Part shown: piece by piece, positions 54,304 to 64,000 of the stretch
Layout of the letters: each line of letters opens with the position of its first letter
How positions within the stretch are numbered: position 1 is the stretch's first letter
Assembly: GCF_009914755.1 (NCBI RefSeq)
Contig: NC_060928.1
Source of the DNA: the human T2T-CHM13v2.0 reference genome, Homo sapiens
Reading direction: 5' to 3' (one strand)
DNA length: 64,000 nt
Position numbers and translations under genes: made by a program
Notes under the pieces: generated by a model
The model's input: only the letters and a program-made list of their open reading frames with translations
The model's database searches: none
What the model was told of the DNA's origin: nothing

Positions 54304-55503
54304 TAGTTATGTGCCACATAACGACATTACAGTCAGTGACAGACAACATATTACAAAAATGGTGCCCTAAGATTGTAATGGAACTGAAAGATTTCCATCG
54401 CCTAGTGACTTCGTAGCCATGATAACATTGTGGTGCAACACATTACCAAGTGTTCATACTGATGATGGTGTAAATAAACCTGTGGTGCTGCCAGTCATAT
54501 GAAAGCATTGCACAAACAATTACATACAGTATCTAACACTTGATAATGACTATGTTACTGTTTTATGTATTTACTACACTATACTTCTTATCTTTTTTTT
54601 TTAGAGCATACTCCTACTCATAAAAAACAATTAACTGTAAAACAGCCTCAGGCAAGTCCTTCAGGAGGTATTCCAGAAGAAGGCATTGTTACCATGGGAG
54701 ATGATAGTTCCACATGGTTACTGCCCCTGGAGACCTTCCAGTTGGACAAGATGTGAAGGTGGAAGACAGTGATATTGATGACTCTGACCCTGCGTAAGCC
54801 TAGGCTAGTGTGGGTTTATGTCTTAGTTTTTAACAAAATACTTTAAAAGTTTTAAAACATTTCAATATAAAAAAGCTTATAGAATAAGAATATAAAGAAA
54901 GAAAATATTTTTATACAGCTATACAATGTGTGTGTGTTGTAAGCCAAGCGTTATTACAAAAGCATCAAAAAGTTTTTAAAGTGTTTACAAAGTGAAAAAG
55001 TTAGAGTAAGATTAGGTTACTTTATTATTGAAGAAAGAGAAATATTTTTTATACGTTTAGTGTAGCCTAAGTGTACAGTGTTTATAAAGTCTACAGCAGT
55101 GTACAGTAGCGTCCCAGGCCTTGACCTTCACTCAGTACTCACTCACTGATTCGCCCAGAGCAACTTCCAGTCCTGTAAGCTCCATTCATGGTAAATGCCC
55201 TACACAGGTGTACCACATTTTATCTTTTATACCATATTTTACTGTATCTTTTCTATGTTTACATATGCTTAGATAATATCAATACTTATCATTGTGTTAC
55301 AATTGCCTACAGTATTCAGTACAGTCACATGCTGTCCAGGTTTGTAGTCTAGAAGCAGTAGGCTATACCACATAGCCTCAGTGTGTAGTAGACTATATCA
55401 TATCGGTTTGTGAAAGTACACCCTGTGATGTTCACATAACGATGAAATCACCTGATGACACGTTTCTCAGAAGGCATTCCTGTGGTTAAGTGACACACGA
55501 CTA
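54304..55503 (+). mobile_element. Tigger3b (GOLEM/MER7B-type) TcMar DNA transposon, about 1.2 kb non-autonomous
   Basis: Left TIR TAGTTATGTGCCACATAACGAC after TA. Internal CAGCCTCAGGCAAGTCCTTCAGGAGGTATTCCAGAAGAAGGCATTG. Right TIR GGTTAAGTGACACACGACTA. Confidence 0.9.
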
Positions 55504-55547
55504 TTTTTATACTCAATTAAGTAACAAACCTGACTTGGTTGTGGTTC

Positions 55548-55855
55548 AGCAACATGTTCTCAAACTATCTGTGGTGGAAGACCAGATTTTTTAAAGTTCT
55601 AATTCAAGATATACAGATATTTTTATGAAAGAAAACAGGCATGAATTACCAGAAAAAGAAAATTAAAACACATAAAAAATATAAACTCCCATTGCTTTCA
55701 TCATTAGATTCAGCAGACATAAAATTATACTGTTAAGTTTTTTTTCAACTATTCTGAAAGTTTCTGAACACTCTCAATTTTTCTATCTATCTGGTCACAA
55801 ATTGCTATCAAGTCTGTTTAGCAGCACCAATCTGTGAATCGCTCTAAAGCTCACA
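55548..55855 (+). mobile_element. hAT-Charlie element (Charlie4-like)
   Basis: TTCTCAAACTATCTGTGGTGGAAGACCAG...ATTAGATTCAGCAGACATAAAATT. Confidence 0.55.
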
Positions 55856-56047
55856 TTAGTTTAGGTCTAATTTTCTTCTTTCTTTTGTTCTGAATTGACC
55901 AGACTTAGGGTGATAATTCAGGTTATTGTTTCATATCACCTCCTTTCCATAACACTTAGCACTAAGATCTTTGCAGAGAGGAAAGATCACTCTGTGTTGT
56001 TGAAAACCGTTTCCAAAAAAAATTTTAAGCATAAAAAAGTCATTTTT

Positions 56048-56358
56048 GGCCGGGTTTGGTGGCTCACGCCTGTAATCCCAGCACTTTGGGAGTCAGAGAC
56101 AGGTGGATCATAAGGTCAGGAATTCAAGACCAGCCTGGCCAAGATGCTGAAACCCCGCCTCTACTAAAAATACAAAAATTAGCCAGGTGTGGTGATACGT
56201 GCCTGTAATCCCAGCTACTCGGGAGGCTGAGGCAGAAGAATCGTTTGAACCCACCCAGGAGGCGGAGGTTGCAGTGAGTGAGCCAAGATTGCGCCATTGC
56301 ACGCCAGCCTGGGCGACAGGGTGAGATTCCATCTCAAAAAAAAAAAAAAGAAAAGAAA
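56048..56358 (+). mobile_element. Full-length AluS (Sg/Sc-type) with TSD
   Basis: GGCCGGGTTTGGTGGCTCACGCC...GGATCATAAGGTCAGG (2-bp shorter form)...CCATCTC plus A tail; flanked by AAA(A/G)AGTCATTTT on both sides. Confidence 0.95.
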
Positions 56359-56682
56359 AAAGAGTCATTTTAAATCATTATATCCTTCAAGTTTTAAAAA
56401 CGGAAGATTAAAATATTTGTCTCAGGTCAGGAAATAAAGTTCACTAAGAAAATGTCTCCTTGTCAGAAAGAGTAATTATTCCCACTTACACACATCTCTG
56501 TTCTCCCATTGAAATGCTACTAAGTCATATTTTCTTGACATTAGGGAATAATGAAGATATATGTCCAGGCAACACATGAGTTCATACAGAAGACTGCATA
56601 ACTCCCAATGCATTGCCCTTTTTGGTGATTAGAGTATTTCTAGAAGAGAATTATTAGGAAAAGGAAGAACATGCCTTACATG

Positions 56683-56768
56683 TTCTCTCTCTTTCTCCCT
56701 CTCCCTCCGTCTCTCTCTCTCTCTGTCACACACACACACACACACAGACACACTTGTGCACACATACA
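56683..56768. repeat. Compound (CT)n(CA)n microsatellite
   Basis: CTCTCTCTCTCTCTGTCACACACACACACACACAGACACAC. Confidence 0.85.
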
Positions 56769-56779
56769 TGGTACATATT

Positions 56780-56910
56780 ATAATGGCTTAGTGGTTAAGT
56801 GAAGTGTGTGGCCTCGTAACTAGACACATTTTATTCAAGTCCTGACAGATCTACTTATTAACCAAAAAATCTTGGCAAGTCACTCACTCTTCTATGTTCA
56901 GGTTTTCCAG
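56780..56910 (+). mobile_element. MIR fragment
   Basis: ATGGCTTAGTGGTTAAG...TTCAAGTCCTG...CTACTTATTA...CTTGGCAAGTCACTCACTCT. Confidence 0.6.
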
Positions 56911-58614
56911 AATATTTTTAAATGAGCAAAGGCATTAAAAGATGGTGTTGAAGAAGAGTATGGTAGAAGATGGATAAATAACATCATATTTTTTCATTTA
57001 TGTCAGTTTCACAAGGTTGGAGTTTAAGAAAAATAAAAGCACTATCATGATGAAACAGCCAGCAACTCCTGACCCACATCACAGTCTAAAGCATATTATC
57101 AAGAAGAAAAACTATGGACCCTCCTATGAAAACTACTAATGAACAAGTACAATACTTTCTTTCAATACGAATACATTTTTTTCTGATGGCCAAAATGTCA
57201 CCTAGGCCTGCACATTTAAAAATCTGATTTTAAAATGCCACTCCTCTATATTATTAAGTCTGTGCTCACACATGCATTTTTTTAATTCATTGAATCATAA
57301 AAATTAGATATTTCTAAAACCAATTATTATTTAAATTTAACCACCATTTTATAATTGTTCACAAGGTTTAAGCACAGCAAAATAAACTTATCCTACAAAA
57401 AAACCCACAATCACAAGAGAAACTTCTAAATTTATTGTTAACATTGTTCCATTACTCCTTCTCTCACTGAGAAAGATATAGATTATTGAATCTCCCACAA
57501 GCAATGAAGTACAATTTTAGAAGAGCTTTAGTTACGCAAAGTATAGAAGTTTCAGTGAATTATTATCCCATAAGTGAGATGGTCCCCTATAGCAGAGGGG
57601 TCATGAATCATAGTGAAAAGGACAATAAATGTGAGATCAGAGGCAGTGGGAAGACTACAGTATGCTGCTAATTTTTAGCTGCATTTCCAAGTAGTATTGC
57701 CTCATCTTTAAAATACAAATAATGATATATACTCCAAAAGGGGTATTGTAAAAAATGCATGATACAACATATCTGAAAAGCATTTTGTAAGTTTGTGGAT
57801 GTTCAAATATTTGTAAAGATGATATGGGAAAAATACTTCACTTTATTTTAATTTACAAAGCTTCCACAAGGGCGTAAATGCAGAGAGCATTGTTTAAGAT
57901 AATAACATAGAAATATACATCTTTACAACCGTGAATATAGTGTTAGCATCAATTGCACACATCTCAAGGTTGAGTATTCTACCAAGAAACTGCCAAACAC
58001 AGGGCACTGTGAAGCATGTCACATTTCCCTCATGAAATGCTCGTCTCATCCTCCATCCTCTAAAGACACAGAAAATTCAAACATCTTTCCAACTAGCCAA
58101 ACTAATTATTCTGTGATAAGGAATTATTTTTCTGAAGCAGTAATAAACACAGCATCACTAAAATAGTGCTATAAAACAAATAAAAAATGGAAGTATGAAT
58201 ACATGCCCATTCCCCTCCTTAGCTCTAAGGGAGGAAAAAAGCACACAAAATTGGGGAGCTGTTGCCCACAAGGTCTCTTTTTTTAGCTGTGTATGGATAT
58301 TTGCAATTAGGACATATCCTTGTACAAGTTCTCTTCCCTTTCCCCAGTGCAAACTGCGCATGGTCATTGTCTACAACCATGCTGTTCCTGTGATTTATGT
58401 TGGAGAGAGGGCCTTGCTCCTGTGCTGAAGACTTCCAAATTGCTTTGGTGGTTCAACTGCCAATGCATGTTAGTTTTGGCAGAGTGGACATGGAAAACTG
58501 TTCTCATATTCTTTGGCTCCTATGCTTTGCATGTCAGATGAAACAGCAATGCAGAACTAAAACTGTTCCAGACCAAAGAAGACTTTGGGTTTTGTTTAGC
58601 TTTTGGGAGACTCA

Positions 58615-58790
58615 GAGTCATAGTGAGAAAGGAACTCTTCTGCAATCCAGAGATGTGCCTTCTAGACCTGGCACTGCCACTCATGGTGGTAAATCATTCT
58701 GCTTGCAGAGTCTCAATTTCTACACCTCTGAACCAGGGAATTTACACTAGGTAAATTGATGATCACTAGTAAAATAGAGTAACTCAAGTT
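58615..58790 (+). mobile_element. MIR/MIR3 fragment
   Basis: TTCTAGACCTGGCACTGCCACT...GTAAATCATT...GTCTCAATTTCTACACCTCTGAA...ACTAG. Confidence 0.5.
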
Positions 58791-59432
58791 AACGTCTTCA
58801 ACAACTCTTCTAAATTTACATCAAGGAAAGGCTTTATTTAAAAACTGTATCTTCTGTTGTCCTAGCCAAGATTGGAAAGATAAATCACTTCAAGGAGTTA
58901 CAGCTATATTTCCACTAAATCATTTCAATTATTTAGGTATTCATTAAATATGTACTAGTCTGTATGCTTCTGATGAAATTAGTTGAATGAAAATGTTACC
59001 TTTATTTACATACCGTTTTTCCTCTTTCTTCCATCCAACAATATCACTTAGAGAAGGAGGATTATTATTTCAAGCTATGGGAAAGCAAAAGGGAATCTAA
59101 TAAGGATTTGTTTGCTTCATTTAAAAGGGAAAGTATTGAATTTTTATTTACGCTATTAGGGTAATACCGTATCTATTACAGAAATTTGAAAACAACATAG
59201 AAAAAGGGGAATTGTCAATGGTTTTACTACTCCTTGTCAACCATAATTTAATAATTTTTCTTTCAGACTTTTTCTAGGCATTTATTTTTCAGAAGGAACC
59301 AGGCCTCCTTTTTTACTTAGTTGTGAGCATAACGCATATACAATTTTGCATCCTGCTTTTCTCATCTAACATAAGCATGTTTCCATGTTACTACAAACTC
59401 AGTATTTTTCATGATTGCATATTGTTCAACAA

Positions 59433-59435
<3 letters not shown>

Positions 59436-59463
<28 letters not shown>
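59436..59463. repeat. (TA)n microsatellite within an old antisense L1-like fragment
   Basis: Pure TA run. Confidence 0.85.
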
Positions 59464-62089
59464 CTGGAATTTACAGAGCTGTTTTCCATAGGTGAGTATT
59501 TCATGTGGTAAATTGTTAAACAATTTACATTTTTGTGTATAAAGAACATAAAGCTTTCGTCAAAGAGTGAGGGTGGGGATTGCATTACTTGGAGATCAAA
59601 TATTGTAGCAAAGAGGAGCAGCAGCCAGGAACCTCCCAGCTACCAGGCACCTCTTCAGAATAGGGGCAAACAAGCATTCCATGGAAAGGCCTCATCCCAT
59701 GCCTGGGTGGAGATCTGACAGCCAAAGGAAGCATGCCTCCCAGCAAGCAACTCAGAACAAATGCTTATTCCCAGGAGAAGTCCCGCCTACTTTCCAGCCA
59801 GGCAAAAGTGCTCATCAAGGAAAATCTGATTTTCTACAACAGCAGAAAATGGCTTCCAAAGTAGCAGGAGTTAAGGGGCCAATTTGGTTGAGGACAAATT
59901 CTACTGTCCCAAAGCACTGCAATGCAGTGAGGTGAGTGAGCCATCCCCTGTAGAGCGGGAGTCATAAGGAAAAGGAAATACAATCGGCTTCCAGTCCCAG
60001 TATATCCATAAGAAAATTTTCATAATTGCTCATATTATGAAATTGCTGGGTCTGCAATGCATTCATTTATATTATTTGTAGAAGTTGCATAAACAAAATT
60101 TTTTAACTATTTTCCTTTCTTTTAAGTAGCACTGGAGTTGGGGGAATATACAGAGGATTCATCCCTCACTAACTGGGCCATCTTAGCTGAATTATATGTT
60201 TACATTTTTCATAACTACCCTAAAAGATATATGGAAGACATAAAATCATATTGCTAAGAAAAATTCCCAATAGTAGTTTAAAATGTATCAATGACAATAG
60301 AAAGGGATATCTGTGTTGATGACTTAGAGAACTACCATAGCTAAATTAACATAGGCCTTGAAGTGTTAAGACATAGAATAGTGATTTTGCAAAGGTTTAC
60401 AATTAAAAATGACTTTTGACCAAATTTTTTAAATAGGCAGAAAAATAAACTATATAAATCCAATTGTAATATATCTGAGTGTACACATCCTAAGAAAATG
60501 CAAATTGCCATCAGAGAAGTTAAAACAAATCAAAGAACATTATTTTGATGATGAAGTCTATTAGATACTGGGCTGATTACTCAGTTCCTTAATTCCCTTT
60601 TCTTCTAAGTATTTAAAATATGGCAGAGAACTTCCTCTCTTAAAAAAAAAATTCAGGAGGAGTTCTGTGAAAGAGAAAGATGGCCTGTAGTCTAGACGGT
60701 CTCTTAGGAGCTCTTCTTGTATATTAATCCTGAATTTCACTCATGACTCATCTCCTTAGAGGTAATCTAAACAGATTAAGAAGCTTCTTTTTTTTCTTCT
60801 TCCTTTTGGCTTTGGGAGCTAGTATAAAATTAATATTTCCTGTTCCCTCCCAAGAACCCTGGAACCTTTGCAAACAGTTGTTAAACATCTATAATTCCTT
60901 CCCACATTCACTCAACATTTACCACCACTCCCAAGATAAGCAACCCCCACTTTAAGGTATTATAGTGTCAAACACTGCAATAAAGGAAAGAGTGACTTAG
61001 AGCAGCTGGTAAACATAGGCTTCTGATTCAAGAGAATACAGCAAAAAGAAGGGATGATTTTTGTTTTAGACAAGAATTCAGAGAGTTTCAAAATTCTATT
61101 ACTACTTCAAAACCTCATTCTATTAGATGATATACAACTTAATTTATAACTTAGTTTCACTTTTCCTTCAGGCCAAACTATATGTAAAACAATAACAAGG
61201 CCCACTAAATTTTATTTTTTGTATTGTACATTCATTTTGTTGTGGAACTCTGGTTTGTTGGAGTCAACTGCAGCAATGTTTCATAATTTACTCTGGTAAA
61301 TTTCTGCTGGTTTTTGCAAAGAGAAACTTGAAGAATTTTAGCAAAGATTGATGTGCTGCACAAAATACCTTCACAAATCAAATTCAGAATGCTGAGAGAC
61401 AACATCAAAGGAAAAATTGTTTCTACCATCTTTCAGAAAGAAATCTTTGCAACCATGTCTAACCAAGGGTTTATATAATATAGCATTCTTAATGGGATTT
61501 GGTTTTGTCAGGAAATACATTAAATTGAGTAACACTCAAAGGAGAGACAAAAAAACCCACAAGACTGTCTTTGGATTTCAGTCTTAAAGTCATTCTTTAC
61601 CAAATAGCGGTAACAACCCCATTAACCCAGTTCACATCTCCACACTGTTAGTTGATTCACTTGATTTCATACACTGTTGGTATACATTTTAAGTAAAAGC
61701 TCTTTTAAGTTTTAAAGATCTCTATCCCCATAGTCAATGATGCAAAGGTTCAGGCCCCAGACACTAAATTGTAGTGCTTGGAAAACAATAAAAAGACAAA
61801 TTTTACAGTGTTTCCCAATTAATCAAAGGAATACTTGATCTAGGATTGAACCATAGCCCCTGTAGTCATAGATGACTTCCTTAGATAATATAATCTACTA
61901 ACCAGTAAGAATTTACCATGTTGTAATTTTGTGATTATTTTTGCTTTTATTTGTTATATGGGTTTTTAGAAATTAGGAATCTACTACAGGCACCATTAAA
62001 AAAAACATCGTTGTCTCACCCAATGACTCTAGAAATCCTTGAGAAAGTATGGTGGGGAGTTCATCACCAAATGGATTTTAATACCTGGG

Positions 62090-62208
62090 CGCATGTTTCT
62101 CAAACCGGTGTGCATTGGAATCACAGTGGTTGAGTTGAAGCACCTACAATCTAGTGAGTTCAACAGGTGATATAGATGCCCATCCAAGTTTTAGAACCAC
62201 TGATCTAG
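62090..62208. mobile_element. MER5B-like fragment
   Basis: TTTCTCAAACCGGTGTGCATTGGAATCAC...CAGGTGAT...GATGC...CCAAGTTTTAGAACCACTGATCTAG. Confidence 0.6.
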
Positions 62209-62737
62209 ATTGCACATCCAAAATCCCTTCCATTTTGTCCCAGAAATTAATTTTTACTGTATCTTGCCTTATCAAATCTGATTGAAATGTAGTTTTTCCT
62301 TAATTTCTAAGACTGCCAATAGCCTTTGTCAATTCTGTATATAATTATTCTCTGGTCTTATTAATAACAACTCACTATGCCTGGCTAAGTCTCCCCTGAT
62401 CCTACGGAGAGAAAAGAAGAGAGAGGTCAGTTCCACCAAAGGGAACACCTGTGGCTGAGTGAGAAGTGAGTTCAATTAGCCTAGTTCAGTGCATCCCAAT
62501 TTCCTTAGAGAAAAAGAACATTTCCAGCCTTGAAGTAAACTGCTATAACAGCTGAATCTAGATTAAATACGTGACACTGCTTCCCCTTTTTGAAGCTCCT
62601 AGTTGTTCAGAAAACACCATGAGCAATCTGTTCACAATTTCCTGTAGCCAGACCAACACTAATTCCCAATGATGTCAGTCACTTCTTCTTAATGAGATTT
62701 TGCACAGCCCTTTGCCATCGTACAATTTGTTCTTAAA

Positions 62738-62844
62738 GAGAACATGCTAAGATATAGTTTGTTCTTGCTGCATTTCATTGACCTGGAGAAGTGCCTGGAA
62801 CATAGTAGGCACTCAATAATAAATATTTGTTGAATGAATGAATG
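62738..62844 (+). mobile_element. L2 3' end
   Basis: GTGCCTGGAACATAGTAGGCACTCAATAATAAATATTTGTTGAATGAATGAATG. Confidence 0.8.
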
Positions 62845-63744
62845 TTTTCTTGCACTTCATGTGATCTTTATAATTATTAAGACATAATAAACTTAGTTAA
62901 CAGTTACTCTGTAAAATATCAAGAGTTATCTTTCTAATTATTGACCAGAGTTGACTTCCATTTGCAAACACATTCATCAATGAAACTTGTTTAAGGACAG
63001 CATTAATTCAGAGGTTTCTTGCCTATACCATAATACAGTTCTGATGCAATTCCAGATTTTCAGTATTAGTTTATAAATTTAGACTATTTGATGCCAGTTA
63101 ATACAGGGTGGCCCTAAACTTCATCTTAATGTTTTTTGATGCATGAGCCCAGTTATAAAAGACTTTCTATCCTTAAATATACAAGCAGAATCCATGGTAT
63201 AGCCATTTGAATAATTTTGCTGTGTCTAAAATGGCTAGTAGAGTTTCTAGGATGGGCACCCCTTGTTTTCTATTAACCCATCAATAGAGTTCTCTTTCTA
63301 CTTATTTGGAAGCTAAAAGTACTTTCTATTTAAGTAGAACTTAGATTATAAGAATTGAAACTACAAATTTTACCTAACCATGCAGAGACAGACTCTATCC
63401 AATAGAGATGATTTCTAAAAGTTGTCAATCAAATTTTATAAACTGATTATAACAATACTATACTTAATACTGGGAAGTTCATCAGTTGATGTGATTCTAT
63501 AATATTGCCTTTTTACCTTTTTGCCTTTGCCTTTGCTTTTGTCTTTGTCTTTTTGTAGGCTGCTGAAAAATATAAATCCTTTCACTAACAACAAATTTAT
63601 TGTTTATCTTATTAAAATGATGTCTTGTTTTAGCAGCTCAGGGAGACCCTTTTGAATATTGTTCATATTTTAAAGGGATACATTAAGGCATTTAAGAACA
63701 CAGAAAATTATCAGCCAGGTGAAACTTTGCTCAGATAAATTTTC

Positions 63745-64000
63745 TTTCATTCAATAAATATTTATTAAAATGTTCTCTAAGCCAAGCATTAAGCAACAGA
63801 AAACAAGATAGTCACCATGCCTGCACTCATAAAGTTTACACTCAGGACTGAAACATAAACATTAAGAAAATGCAAGTGCAACAGGTATCAAGAAAAGAGG
63901 CATTCAATTTGATAGAGGAATAAAGTGATATTTGCAAGGCCATCCTGGGGATGTGGTATTTAGGTTGAGACCTGAACAACGAGTGACAATTTGCCAAGCA
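63745..64000 (-). mobile_element. L2 3' region
   Basis: TTCATTCAATAAATATTTATTAA...GCCAAGCA...CCTGCACTCATAAAGTTTACA...TTTAGGTTGAGACCTGAA. Confidence 0.65.

Noticed and set aside
54565-54756. ORF inside the Tigger element as a possible domesticated transposase
   Set aside because: Short frame in a non-autonomous 1.2-kb derivative with no HTH or DDE domain visible

Overview
This is primate (most likely human or ape) nuclear genomic DNA. It is AT-rich and intergenic or deep intronic, not microbial. I recognise no host protein-coding exon, RNA gene, CpG island or CRISPR array. Much of the window is interspersed repeats: a full-length but inactivated L1PA7-like LINE-1 (18334-24848) with a perfect 17-bp TSD, a second 5'-truncated L1PA7-like copy, and older L1s (L1M 5' ends, L1MA, L1MC, L1ME, L1PA16-like). 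There are also six Alus or Alu monomers, MaLR LTRs, a Tigger3b, many MER5 hAT MITEs, and MIR and L2 relics. Subfamily names come from my recollection of consensus sequences and need RepeatMasker/Dfam confirmation. The most interesting signals concern L1 biology: an open antisense ORF0-like frame in an old L1PA7-like copy, a short 3' transduction with its own AATAAA and second poly(A), and a tract of shared variants between two L1 copies 9.3 kb apart that suggests ancient gene conversion. Several splice-site-bounded segments could be lncRNA exons but are unproven. I see no evidence for a wholly new biological system.
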